Assembly: GCA_021816695.1 (NCBI GenBank)
Contig: JAKAXE010000004.1
Coordinates: 61 to 64,060 of the forward strand
DNA from: a bacterium
Lineage (GTDB): Bacteria > Chloroflexota > Dormibacteria > Aeolococcales > Bog-877
Direction: 5' to 3'
Length of the DNA: 64,000 nucleotides
The first letter of the stretch is position 1. Each line of letters begins with the position of its first letter. Of this stretch, positions 36,254 to 45,609 are shown in pieces. The position numbers and the translations under genes were made by a program. Below the pieces are notes generated by a model. That model was not told the origin of the DNA. It saw nothing but the letters and a program-made list of their open reading frames with translations, and made no database searches.

Positions 36254-37737
36254 CCGGCCACCCCGATCCGGACGCCTCTCACCAGGATGGGGGCGGCGCC
36301 GTGGGAGACGAACCCCCACTGCTTGGGCTCGCCCTTGCCGCAGGGAAGCCCAAACACCTGGAGGGTCTCGGGGCCTCCGACCGCCTCCACCGATCCCCAG
36401 AACTCGGGGGTCACCCCGCCGTAGGAGGCGTTCCTGTACAGTCGGGTCCGCCGCCCCCGGCGGACCTCCCAGGCCACCTCGGTCCCGAACTGGAAGTTCA
36501 GGCGCTTCTCGTCGATGCTCCAGCTGCGGTCCATGTCCAGGTAGTAGCCGTCCCCCAGCCGTTCCAGGAGGGCGTCGAGGTCCCCCTCCCCCGGCCGGAG
36601 GCCGACGTGGGTGGAGAAGCAGAGGGGCATGAAGCTGTGGCCGTCGGCCCGCATGGCCGCGGTGCTGGACCGCCCGATCCGCTGGGCCGTCTCCCTGGAA
36701 GAGAGGAAGTCGTTGACGATCCCGTTCTCGATCAGGACCGCGGGTCGGGCCGGCTGGCCCTCGTCGTCGAAGGCGAAGGAGCCGCGGGCCCCGGGTGTGG
36801 TGGGGTCGGCGATCATGGTCACCGCTTCTGAGCCGTATCGCATCCGCCCCCGCTCCTCGGCGCGGATGAAGGAGGTGCCGGCAAACCCGGCCTCGTCCCC
36901 GAAGATCCGGTCCAGCTCCAGGGCGTGCCCGCAGGACTCGTGGATCTGCAGCGCGGTCATCGCCGGCCCCAGCACCAGGTCGGCCGTGCCCGCCGCCAGG
37001 ACCGGGGCTCGCAGCAGCGCCCGGGCCTCGTCCGCCACCCTGGGCAGCTCCGCGGGAAGCCGCAGCTCATCGAGGTACTCCCAGCCGGCGGCAGCGGTGT
37101 TGCCGTGAAATGAGTTGGGGTAGGAGCGCCGCTGCACCTCTCCGTCGCGAGCCGCCCAGACCTGGAGCAGCCCCCCGGTCTCCAGCAGCTCCTGGACCTG
37201 CCACGACCCCTCGCTGCTGGCGAAGCATCGGCGCTGGCGCTTGGCGTTGACCCCGGCCACCGCCCGCGTCACCTCCGGGGTGGCGAGCGCCTCCTCCAGA
37301 AGCCCGGCCACCAGCTGGTGCTTGGTGGATGGCGGAACGGCGAACGGGTCCACGATGAACGGCGTCCGGAAGTGGCCGCTGGCCCCCGGCAGAGGATCCA
37401 GGTGCGCCGAGTTCGGGCCCACCTGCGCCTCCGCCATCTCCACGGCGGCGACGGCTGCCTCGATCGCCTGAGAGGCGGGCCCGAGCACCCGGCTGCCGAA
37501 GCCCCAAGCCCCCCGGAGGAGCACCCGGACACCGAGCCCGACCACCTGCTCCAGCCGCCAGTCGGGCTCCCGGCCCGAGGCCGCATACAGCCGCTCCTCC
37601 ACCACCTCCACCAGTCGGGCGTCGGCGTAGGTCGCGCCCCGGCCGAGCGCCAGGTCAACGGCCTCCTGGGCGAGGGCGCGGGCTTCGTCTTCGGAATGCG
37701 CCCATGCCCAAGAGGACGCGGTGGCAATCTGGCTCAA
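36250..37737 (-). CDS. tldD: TldD-family zinc metalloprotease
   Basis: QIHESCGHALE (HExxxH), LPCGKGEP (C-terminal Cys ligand), FAFDDEG; TTG 37737 after SD GGAGGAGG. Confidence 0.9.
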   Translation of the reverse strand: MSQIATASSWAWAHSEDEARALAQEAVDLALGRGATYADARLVEVVEERLYAASGREPDWRLEQVVGLGVRVLLRGAWGFGSRVLGPASQAIEAAVAAVEMAEAQVGPNSAHLDPLPGASGHFRTPFIVDPFAVPPSTKHQLVAGLLEEALATPEVTRAVAGVNAKRQRRCFASSEGSWQVQELLETGGLLQVWAARDGEVQRRSYPNSFHGNTAAAGWEYLDELRLPAELPRVADEARALLRAPVLAAGTADLVLGPAMTALQIHESCGHALELDRIFGDEAGFAGTSFIRAEERGRMRYGSEAVTMIADPTTPGARGSFAFDDEGQPARPAVLIENGIVNDFLSSRETAQRIGRSSTAAMRADGHSFMPLCFSTHVGLRPGEGDLDALLERLGDGYYLDMDRSWSIDEKRLNFQFGTEVAWEVRRGRRTRLYRNASYGGVTPEFWGSVEAVGGPETLQVFGLPCGKGEPKQWGFVSHGAAPILVRGVRIGVAG

Positions 37738-37807
37738 ATCGGGAACTCCTCCTCCCCGCTGTCGACGGGGGCGGGGGGGCGGCCGCCCCGGGCGGCCGCC
37801 CCCGAGG

Positions 37808-39655
37808 TCACTTGGTGTAGTACCAGTCCTGCGGGAAGATGGCGAGCAGGGGGTTGGCGGGAAGGACCCCCTTGAGCTTGCTCTTGACCTCCAGGAGCTG
37901 GTAGTCGGCATTGGGGATCCAGAGCTCCGGAAGCTGCTTGGCGACGTAGGTCTCCCAGGCGAACAGCGCCGACTGTCCGCCCTGAACGGCCGCGTTGGAG
38001 AGCCCCACCTCGGTCTGGTCGCAGTAGCTGCCAGCGTTCAGCGCCCCGCCACAGCGGAAGTAGCCGCCGCCCGGCGGGTAGTAGGGCAGGGTGTAGACCG
38101 CACCGCCCCAGTCGATCATCTGCCAGCTGCAGGCAGCCTGCGAGCTGGTGCAGGGGATGGCGTCCGCGTAGGCGAAGGTGCTGCCCTTGAGGTTGATCTG
38201 GACCCCGGCGTGGCTGGCCGTGGACTTGTAGATCTCCATCTCCGTGAGGCCGGCCGTGTAGTTGTCCTGGTAGATGAGGGTGAAGGACAGCTGGCTGCCC
38301 TTGGCCACCCCGGGGCCGCATTGATTGGATGCGGTGCCGGGGTTCTGACAGCTGTCCACGCCGCCGGGAACGATGCTCCAACCGTGCTGCCGCAGCAGCG
38401 ACTCGGCGGTGCTGATGCTGTACGGGTACGGGTAACCCTGGGCGCTGAGGCTGGGTGCCGTCACCGCCGGGGCGCCGTTGACGACCGGCCCGTAGGTGGG
38501 CACGCCATACCCCACCAGCGCCGTCTTGATCCACTGGGGCTGGTCGACGAGCCGCTCCAGCGCCTGGCGGATGTAGAGCTGATGGAAGAGGGGGCCCGCG
38601 GTCGGGTTGTTGAAGTTGATGAACAGGGAGTTGAAACCGTACACCGGCCAGACGCCGAAGCTGTATCCCTGGTGGGACAGCTCGGTCGTCAGGTTGGAAT
38701 CGCTGGTGGGCAGGTAGCCCACGTCCACCGAGCCCGCCCGGACCGCGTCCACCTCCGCCGTCTCACTGTCGAAGGGCTCGAAGATGAGCTTGGAGATGTG
38801 GGGCTTGTCCGGCCCGCTGTAGCTCGGGTTGGGCTGCATCACGATGTAGCCACTGTTAAGGAAGGTGGTGAGCCGCCACGGCCCATCCACCACCTTCCAC
38901 AGCGGGTTGGTCGCGTAGGTGGCGATGTTCTTCGACTGAGCATCGAGGAAGTTGAAGACGGACTGGGCACCGGCGGTGGTCTGGTCGTAGTTGCCGATGG
39001 CGCCCGAGGAGGACTCCTTGTCCCAGGCGTGCTGGGGCATGGGGGTGATCTGCGCCAGCTCGTTGTAGGTGAACCAGGTCGGGGAGTACGCCTTGTTGAG
39101 GGTGAACGTCAGCTTGTAGGTGCTGTCGATCTTGATCGAGGTGACGTTGTCCGGAAACAGCCCGGGCACGTACGCCGCCCAGTTGTCCTTCTCCGCCCTT
39201 AACTCGTTCATCCAGAAGGTGACGTCCCGGGCGCTCACCGGGGTGCCATCCGACCAGACGTAGTGCTTGAGGGTGATCACCACCTGGGTGTTCCCGTCCT
39301 GGTAGACAGGTGGATAGGCCAGGCTGATCTTGTAGTTGATCGCGGGCGAGGTCCCGGACCCGAACTGATACAGCGGCGGGATCATGAGGTACTCAAACTG
39401 GCTCTGGTACTGCACCGTGAAGTCGGTGGCCGGGTACAGCGGCAGAATCCAGGGCGGGCCGATGCCCGCCGTCTCGGCCACCGTCACCGTTCCCCCGGAG
39501 ACCGGCTTGCCGCTGCCCGAGGCCTGCCCGGAGTTGGTGCTGGCGCAGCCCGCCACCAGCCCGAGCGCCACAAGGCCCGATACCCAGATGGGGCCGGCGG
39601 CCCAGCGCCGGCCGCCTATCCTCATCAACCTGGAAAGCATTCTCATCCCGGTCAC
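37808..39655 (-). CDS. Family-5 (peptide/opine/oligosaccharide) ABC substrate-binding lipoprotein, with no adjacent permease or ATPase
   Basis: Lipobox LVAGC, WSDGTPVSARDVTFW, VDGPWRL, IRQALERLVD; SD TAAGGAGG. Confidence 0.88.
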   Translation of the reverse strand: MTGMRMLSRLMRIGGRRWAAGPIWVSGLVALGLVAGCASTNSGQASGSGKPVSGGTVTVAETAGIGPPWILPLYPATDFTVQYQSQFEYLMIPPLYQFGSGTSPAINYKISLAYPPVYQDGNTQVVITLKHYVWSDGTPVSARDVTFWMNELRAEKDNWAAYVPGLFPDNVTSIKIDSTYKLTFTLNKAYSPTWFTYNELAQITPMPQHAWDKESSSGAIGNYDQTTAGAQSVFNFLDAQSKNIATYATNPLWKVVDGPWRLTTFLNSGYIVMQPNPSYSGPDKPHISKLIFEPFDSETAEVDAVRAGSVDVGYLPTSDSNLTTELSHQGYSFGVWPVYGFNSLFINFNNPTAGPLFHQLYIRQALERLVDQPQWIKTALVGYGVPTYGPVVNGAPAVTAPSLSAQGYPYPYSISTAESLLRQHGWSIVPGGVDSCQNPGTASNQCGPGVAKGSQLSFTLIYQDNYTAGLTEMEIYKSTASHAGVQINLKGSTFAYADAIPCTSSQAACSWQMIDWGGAVYTLPYYPPGGGYFRCGGALNAGSYCDQTEVGLSNAAVQGGQSALFAWETYVAKQLPELWIPNADYQLLEVKSKLKGVLPANPLLAIFPQDWYYTK

Positions 39656-39815
39656 GATCCCTCCTTAAGTCGCGGCCGCTAGCGGACTTCGGGGTCGCGT
39701 TCGCACCCCGAAAACAGACGTTGGAAGGCCGTCCGGTGACGGCCCGTGGACACCCAAGTGGGCCTGCGCCCCAACCGGGGAGACGCCAGGGGAACCGTTG
39801 GCGAGGTCAGCCCCA

Positions 39816-40571
39816 TCACTCGCCGCTCACTTCACTGGAGATGTCGCCCCCGGAGGCGCCGGGGGTAGTGTCCGCCCGATGGTCGAGGGGCTCGACGTAC
39901 CCCTTGATCAGGCGGGCGTACGCACCCTCTAGGTGGACCCGGATCATTTCCAGCGCCTTCTCGGTGTCATGGGCGGCCATGGTCTCCACCAGCTCCCCGT
40001 GCTCCCGGTGGCCCACCTCGCTGAAGTCCGGATTCACAAGGTTGCGCGTCAGAAGGAAGCGGAAGATGTGCGAGCGGAGCATGGTCCAGCAGGCGTAGAG
40101 CCGGTCGTGGCGCGCAGCTTGGTACACCAGGTCGTGGAACGCGACGTCCAGCTCGGCATATTCCCGGGGGCTGAGGCGTGCGGCGGCCTCAGGCATTCGG
40201 TTGGCCAGCTCGCGGAGGCGGCCCAGGTCCTCCGGGGTGGCCCGCGCGATGGCCAGCCGCACGGCGAGGCTCTCCAGGCTGGCCCGCAGGGTGTAGACCT
40301 CCTCCACATCCTGTGCCGTGAGCCCCACCACGATGGCGCCGCGATGGCTGCGGATGGCCACCAGCCCCTCGTGGCCCAGCTGGGCAAAGGCGTCCCGCAC
40401 CGGGCTTCGGCTCACCTGCAGCGCCGCTGAGATCTCCGCCTCGCGCAGGTGCTGGCCGGGTTTGAACCTCCCCGTGACGATGGCCTCCCTCAGTCGGTCT
40501 GCCACCTCGTCGGAGAGGACCCGGTGGGGAACCGCGGTCAGGGCTTTGGCTTCGCTGAAGTCGTCTGGCAC
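39816..40571 (-). CDS. GntR-family (FadR/FCD) transcriptional regulator
   Basis: LREAEISAALQVSRSPVRDAFAQLGHEGLV winged HTH; FCD LDVAFHDLV and HREHGELVE; start moved to GTG 40571 because the promoter lies inside the longer track ORF. Confidence 0.93.
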   Translation of the reverse strand: MPDDFSEAKALTAVPHRVLSDEVADRLREAIVTGRFKPGQHLREAEISAALQVSRSPVRDAFAQLGHEGLVAIRSHRGAIVVGLTAQDVEEVYTLRASLESLAVRLAIARATPEDLGRLRELANRMPEAAARLSPREYAELDVAFHDLVYQAARHDRLYACWTMLRSHIFRFLLTRNLVNPDFSEVGHREHGELVETMAAHDTEKALEMIRVHLEGAYARLIKGYVEPLDHRADTTPGASGGDISSEVSGE

Positions 40572-40581
40572 GGTGGATGTA

Positions 40582-40610
40582 ATATTGTCGACAATCCATC
40601 TACCTGTCAA
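40582..40610 (-). promoter_or_regulatory. Promoter TTGACA-N17-CAATAT with palindromic GntR-type operator ATTGTCGACAAT (40584-40595)
   Basis: Perfect 12-bp palindrome overlapping the -10; same architecture as the 41657-41685 site. Confidence 0.85.
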
Positions 40611-40708
40611 GTCCCCGGACACGCGATCGGATGAGGATCCGCCCCGAGGTGCCGCGGCGCCGTCCCCCCCAGGGCCATCGCCGAGTTCCCCGGGCAGTCC
40701 GGTCGACG

Positions 40709-41467
40709 TCATGCGCGCGCCGCCTCGGTCCGCAGGCTGATGGCCTCAGACAGCTGGAAGGCGTCGAACCGCAGCCCCGTGGCCTGCTCCGCATCCAGGG
40801 CGGCGAGGTAGGCGAAGGCGGGGGCCAGGCGGCTGGGTGAGATCATCCGCTCCCGCATCTCGGGGGTGTAGTGCCCCCACGACATGGGAGTGTCGATCGG
40901 CGCTCCTGTGGTCGCGGTGTTCACCGCGATGTTGAACTCGGCGCCCTCAATACTGAGCACCTTCATGAGCCCTTCCTGGCCGTGCTTAGCGGGGGTGTAG
41001 GCGGACTCCAGGGGGAAGCCCCGCAGGGCGGAGCCGGAGGAGATGAAGACGATGCTTCCGTGGCCCTGAGCGATCATCGGCTCCCAGACCCCCTTGGCCA
41101 AGACGAAGGCCCCCTGCAGGATGATGTCCAGCTCCCGGCGCCAGCCCTCGAAGGTCCACTCCCGGAACGGGCGCGGCGTCAGGACGGCGGCGTCGTGGAT
41201 CAAGGCCCGCGGCGGCCCCACCTGACGCACGGCCTCGGCCACGGCGGTCTGGGTCCCGGCGGCATCGGCCAGATCTGCCACCACCGGGAGCGCCTGGATC
41301 CCGAGCGCCAGGAGTTCGTGAGCCAGCGAGGCCACCTTGCCCTCCTGCACGTCGAAAAGGACCAGGTTCATCCCCCGTGCCGCCAGCTCCCGGGCGATCG
41401 CGTTTCCCAGGCCGTCTGCGGCGCCGCTGAGGAAGCACCACTGGCCGCGGATGTCGTGCAGACCCAT
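40709..41467 (-). CDS. SDR-family oxidoreductase
   Basis: SGAADGLG, HDAA, SSGSA, YTPAKHG; SD GGGAGG before ATG 41467. Confidence 0.88.
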   Translation of the reverse strand: MGLHDIRGQWCFLSGAADGLGNAIARELAARGMNLVLFDVQEGKVASLAHELLALGIQALPVVADLADAAGTQTAVAEAVRQVGPPRALIHDAAVLTPRPFREWTFEGWRRELDIILQGAFVLAKGVWEPMIAQGHGSIVFISSGSALRGFPLESAYTPAKHGQEGLMKVLSIEGAEFNIAVNTATTGAPIDTPMSWGHYTPEMRERMISPSRLAPAFAYLAALDAEQATGLRFDAFQLSEAISLRTEAARA

Positions 41468-41656
41468 TAGCTCGCCTCCCAGTTCGGGCGGGGTTGGCCA
41501 CCGCCGCTGTCCACCATGGGCGGGCGCCCCAGCTGCCACCCGGAGCGGAGCGCCGGGTCCGAGGTCCCCGTGTCCAAGGAACCCGCGCGGGCGTCCCTTC
41601 CCGGGGGGCGGGCGGCGGCGTTGGCGTGCTGGCGATGCTCAATCACGGTGTACCAC

Positions 41657-41685
41657 ATATTGTCGACAATCATCAGCTGTGTCAA
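41657..41685 (-). promoter_or_regulatory. Promoter TTGACA-N17-CAATAT with operator ATTGTCGACAAT (41659-41670)
   Basis: Exact second copy of the palindrome and promoter geometry, upstream of the SDR. Confidence 0.85.
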
Positions 41686-41710
41686 GCCCCTCTGAGCGCG
41701 TCCCTGAGGC

Positions 41711-42868
41711 TCATGGGAGCGGCTCGGATCGGACCTCGGTCCAGGACCGGGAGCGGTGCGAGGCCTCGACCGCGTTGATCACCTCCTGCACCGCCGCCCC
41801 CTGGGCGAAGTCGCCCTGGTTGTCATCCCGGCCTGAGGTGATCTCCTCCACGAAGCTGCGGATCAGGTTGCCGTAGCAGGTCTCCTCCCAGCCGTGACCG
41901 GTCTCGTGCTGGGGCGGGAAGAACTCCTCGGGGATGGGTAGGCGCCTGAACTCCACCTGGTCGGCGGTGGCCCCCCAGAGGCGCTGCCACTCGCCGTTCT
42001 CCTCGACGATCCGGCAGATCAGGGCCCCGCGGTCGCCGTACAGCCGGGCTTCCACGCCGGGGTAGTTGCCCACGGTGACATAGCTGCTTTGGATCGTCCC
42101 CAGAGCCCCGTTGGCGAACTTGGCGATGAAGACGTCGCCGTCATCCAGGTTGATCGGCTCCCGGGCGCTGTCGAGATTGGTGCGGCGGCGCTCCGGTACG
42201 AAGTTGCGCAGCACTCCCACCGTCTCCTTGATGCCGGACCCGGTGAGCATCAGCCCGATGTCGATGATGGGAGCTCCATAGCCCTCGAGGCTGGAGACCG
42301 TGATCGCCTCCTCCCCCGGCTCCCAGCCGCCCACCTGGTCGTCGGCGGGGGCGGCGAGGAGCCGCTTGTCGGCTGGATTGTCCGGGTCCAGCCACTGGCT
42401 GTTCTGCTCGTAGCCGTTGAAGACGAAGGGGCGGCCGCACCACCCCTGGGCCACCAGATGGGCCATGTAGGAGATGGCCGGCGCGTAGCGGAAGGTGAGC
42501 CCGACCTTGGTCTTCAGACCCCGGCGCCGCGCGATCTGCGCCGCCCTCCAGACATCCTCCGCCCGATGGGCCACCGGCTTCTCGGAGAGGCAGTGCTTGC
42601 CCGCCTCCAGGGAGGCGAACACCAAGGGGTCGTGCTCGTCCCGGGTGCAGACGTCCACCACGTCGATGTCGTCCCGGGCCAGCACCTCACGGTAGTCGGC
42701 GGAGATCCCATCAGCCCCGAACTGGGCGGCGGCGGCGCTGGCCAGCTCCTGGTTGAGGTCACAGACCACGGCCAGCCTTACTCCCGGGCACCTTTGCCAG
42801 CCGGGCAGGTGGGCCCGCTGCGACCACCTCCCGGCACCGATGACTGCCACCCGCAGCTCGTCCGCCAT
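41711..42868 (-). CDS. Gfo/Idh/MocA-family oxidoreductase (paralog of 46647-47765)
   Basis: GAGRWS, LSEKP, FNGYEQNSQWLDP, SSLEGYGAPIID. Confidence 0.88.
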   Translation of the reverse strand: MADELRVAVIGAGRWSQRAHLPGWQRCPGVRLAVVCDLNQELASAAAAQFGADGISADYREVLARDDIDVVDVCTRDEHDPLVFASLEAGKHCLSEKPVAHRAEDVWRAAQIARRRGLKTKVGLTFRYAPAISYMAHLVAQGWCGRPFVFNGYEQNSQWLDPDNPADKRLLAAPADDQVGGWEPGEEAITVSSLEGYGAPIIDIGLMLTGSGIKETVGVLRNFVPERRRTNLDSAREPINLDDGDVFIAKFANGALGTIQSSYVTVGNYPGVEARLYGDRGALICRIVEENGEWQRLWGATADQVEFRRLPIPEEFFPPQHETGHGWEETCYGNLIRSFVEEITSGRDDNQGDFAQGAAVQEVINAVEASHRSRSWTEVRSEPLP

Positions 42869-42873
42869 CTACC

Positions 42874-43866
42874 TCACCTCCCTGATTCTCTGGAAGCGGC
42901 CGCCCGAACCCACTCGAGCGCCTGGGCCGTGGGAATCGAGTCGTCGATCGCCAGGTGCCGGGGGCTGGCTCCCTCCCTCAGCACTGCGTGGATGTGCCGG
43001 AGCAGCGGGGCGAAGGTGGGCTCGTCGGTCATCAACCGCTCCCTCTCGCCTGGGCGCCCGGCGACACGCAGCTCGAAGGTGTCATGGGCACCGGGATGAA
43101 AGGGGTCGGTGAGCTCCAGAGAGCCCTCGGTGCCCAGGAGCCGAGTGGTCGTGTCCCTCGCCCGGGAGAGACCGCTGCTGAAGAGGAGGCGGAGCCCTCC
43201 ACCGTACTCGAGGAGGCCACAGGTCTCCAGGTCAACCCCGGAAGGGGCCGCGGTGGCGGAAACCAGGGCGCGCCCGGGAACCTGCCGGAAAAGGAGTGCG
43301 GCCAGGTGGACGGGGTAGCAGCCCACGTCGTTGAGCGCACCTCCGGCCAGCTCCGGGCTCCAGCGGATGTTATCCGGCCGGCGGACCGGGAAGTGGAAGT
43401 GGCTCACCACCTCCCTGAGCTCTCCGATCTCCCCCCCGGAGATCAGCTCCTCGGCCCTCAGGTACTGCCGGTGGAAGGGGAAGGCGAAGGCCTCCCACAG
43501 TGGGGCTCGGGCCCCCCGGGCCAGGGCCACCAGCTCCTCCACCTCGGCCAGGTCGACGCCCAGCGGTTTCTCGCAGAGCACCGCCTTGCCCGCTCGCAGC
43601 GCCGCCCCGGCCCACTCCACGTGAACGGTGTTGGGTAGGGCCACGTAGACCGCGTCGACCTCGTCGGTACCGATCGCCCCCTCATAGTCGGAGATCCGGC
43701 ACTCCACCTCCTCGCGAGCCAGCAGCTCGGCGGCTCGCCGGCTGTCCCGGCTGCCCACGACCACCACCTCACCGCCGCCGGCGGCCCGCAGCGAGGGCAG
43801 GAAGTTGGCCCTGAAGATGTTGGCGGCGCCGAGAACCCCCCAGCGGACCGATGCCGGCTCAGCCAT
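42874..43866 (-). CDS. Gfo/Idh/MocA-family oxidoreductase (GFOR/aldose dehydrogenase-like, Tyr type)
   Basis: WGVLGAANI, VYVALPNTVH, LCEKP, GGALNDVGCYP. Confidence 0.9.
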   Translation of the reverse strand: MAEPASVRWGVLGAANIFRANFLPSLRAAGGGEVVVVGSRDSRRAAELLAREEVECRISDYEGAIGTDEVDAVYVALPNTVHVEWAGAALRAGKAVLCEKPLGVDLAEVEELVALARGARAPLWEAFAFPFHRQYLRAEELISGGEIGELREVVSHFHFPVRRPDNIRWSPELAGGALNDVGCYPVHLAALLFRQVPGRALVSATAAPSGVDLETCGLLEYGGGLRLLFSSGLSRARDTTTRLLGTEGSLELTDPFHPGAHDTFELRVAGRPGERERLMTDEPTFAPLLRHIHAVLREGASPRHLAIDDSIPTAQALEWVRAAASRESGR

Positions 43867-44746
43867 TCAGCCCCTCCTCCGTCCCCAGGGAGAGCAGCTC
43901 AGCCAGGTTGGCCCCGGGGTCCACTGCCAGGGCGAGCTTCCCCTCGCGGCCGGAGAGGAGGACGGTGAGCCCCAGGCCGTGCCCCGGCAGACGGCTGGCC
44001 CCGTGGGACACGACGCCCACCACCACCGAGCCCGGGCGATATCCGCTGATGTAGGCCGCGTCCCAGTCCCGGACCGCAACCAGGTCACCCAGGCGCGCCT
44101 GGGCCAGCTCCGGGATCGTCTCCAGCAGGGAGGGGGGAGTCTGCAGCTCCCAGGAGGTGGCGGCGGCCACCCGCCCGGCCCCCATCCCGACCGCCTCCGG
44201 GGGCAGCTCCAGCCTCACCCGGACCTCCAACCCGTCCCCCCTGGGCTCCGGGGCCCAGGCTGCCCAGAGCTCGGGCCCCAGGCTGTGAGCCACCACGGCC
44301 GGGGAGGGGCACGGCCGGAGGCCGCGGCCGATCGCCTCAATCGCCACCTGGTCTCCGGGGGCGAGCACCTCCAGGGCAGCGGCCGGGAGGTCGACCAGCA
44401 CCTCCTGGAAGCGCTGGAACTCCTCGTGCTTCCCGGTCACCACGCCCTCGGCGCCGGCGGCCGCCCCGGTTCGGACCCTGGCCCGGTTGCCCACACAGGC
44501 GAAGAGGTTCAGGGCCCGGTTGGCCGCCACGTCCGGATGGGCGATGCTCGCCCCGGGCTGGACCCGATCCGCCTCCCAACCGAAGGCGGGCATCCCGACC
44601 CGCACGTTGTAACGGACCCCCTGGCAGCCCACCGGCACGAACGCTCGGCCCTCAAAGTCGGTGAGGTAGGGCGAGGACTCCATCTCCGGCTGGCTCACCC
44701 ACCCCACCAGCATGGTTCGCACCAGACGCGGGGAGTCCACGGTCAT
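43859..44746 (-). CDS. DUF4438-like protein, copy B
   Basis: Aligns by eye with copy A: YNVRVG, QPGAS, ACVGN, VTGKH, GDLVAV, GVVSHG..PGHGLG; ATGA coupling. Confidence 0.75.
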   Translation of the reverse strand: MTVDSPRLVRTMLVGWVSQPEMESSPYLTDFEGRAFVPVGCQGVRYNVRVGMPAFGWEADRVQPGASIAHPDVAANRALNLFACVGNRARVRTGAAAGAEGVVTGKHEEFQRFQEVLVDLPAAALEVLAPGDQVAIEAIGRGLRPCPSPAVVAHSLGPELWAAWAPEPRGDGLEVRVRLELPPEAVGMGAGRVAAATSWELQTPPSLLETIPELAQARLGDLVAVRDWDAAYISGYRPGSVVVGVVSHGASRLPGHGLGLTVLLSGREGKLALAVDPGANLAELLSLGTEEGLNG

Positions 44747-45609
44747 CGGGCCAGCTCCAAAAGGTTGGCCAGATTGCGGCCCGGCCCCGGGTGGTAGGAG
44801 AGAAGCTCCCGTCGGCCGCTGAGCAGGGTGACCACCCCGACCCCGTGCCCCGGGCTGGGGCCGAGAGCGTGGACCACCACCCCCACGGCCGAGTACCGGG
44901 GATCGTAGCGGCGGCCGAAGCGGTGGTCCTGGCCGGGCATGCCGACGAGGTCCCCCACCCTCAGCCCCTCCAGTCCCAGCCGGCGGACAGTCTCGCGGTC
45001 GTGCAGCATCACGTCGCAATTGGCCCACTCGCAGTCCATCCCCAGTCCCGCGCCCATCACCTCGGGGGTGAGCTCCGCGGCCACGGCCACCGAAATGGCC
45101 CCCGGACCGGTGAGCTCCAATCCCAGGCGGTTCAGGAGGTGCGGCGAGCAGTTCCTGCAGGCGACCTCGGGAGCGTCCAGGATGGCCAGCCCCTGGCCAC
45201 TGGCCCGCACCAGGAGGCGGTCTCCGGGGAGGATCTGCTCCAGGGCCTCCTGGGGGAAGTCGATCAGCACGTAGGCGTGCTTGCCGGCCACAATTCCCCG
45301 GGAGCCCCGCGCCGCCCCGCTGAGCACCTGGACGGGATTGCCCAGGCAGGCCAGGACCTGGAAGGCGAGGTTGGCTGACTCCCCCTCGGCCTCCGCCGAC
45401 ACCCCCGCTTCGCCATGGTCGCAGGCGAAGTCGAACACCGGGGACCCCACCCGGATGTCCGGGGTCACCCCGGACATGCCAGGCAGGATCCCGGGCAGAT
45501 CGTCCCGGTCCACGGCGTAGGTGCCGGGGTGGCGAGGGTAGCTGACTCTTCCCAGTAGCCCCACCTGCACCAGCATCTCCTCGTTGGTGCGGAGAAGAGC
45601 GGGCGGCAT
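44743..45609 (-). CDS. DUF4438-like protein (Thermotoga TM1086 family), copy A
   Basis: LRTNEEMLV, DHGEAGVS, ACLGN, GSRGIVAGKH, LRVGDLV, GVVVHA..PGHGVGV match my recollection of the family. Confidence 0.8.
   Translation of the reverse strand: MPPALLRTNEEMLVQVGLLGRVSYPRHPGTYAVDRDDLPGILPGMSGVTPDIRVGSPVFDFACDHGEAGVSAEAEGESANLAFQVLACLGNPVQVLSGAARGSRGIVAGKHAYVLIDFPQEALEQILPGDRLLVRASGQGLAILDAPEVACRNCSPHLLNRLGLELTGPGAISVAVAAELTPEVMGAGLGMDCEWANCDVMLHDRETVRRLGLEGLRVGDLVGMPGQDHRFGRRYDPRYSAVGVVVHALGPSPGHGVGVVTLLSGRRELLSYHPGPGRNLANLLELAR

Noticed and set aside
37760-37766. TGTCGAC core upstream of tldD as a fourth GntR box
   Set aside because: Only the 7-nt core matches, the flanking AT/AAT arms are absent, and there is no promoter-like hexamer; likely chance.
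40572-40712. N-terminal extension of GntR in the ORF track
   Set aside because: It contains the promoter and operator (translated as IVDNI); the real start is likely GTG 40571. The same applies to Gfo-A 47766-47837.
41467-41685. 72-aa ORF (MTQLMIVDNMWY...) ending at the SDR start
   Set aside because: Its start codons lie within or upstream of the promoter -10, so it cannot be in that transcript; it is treated as 5' UTR.
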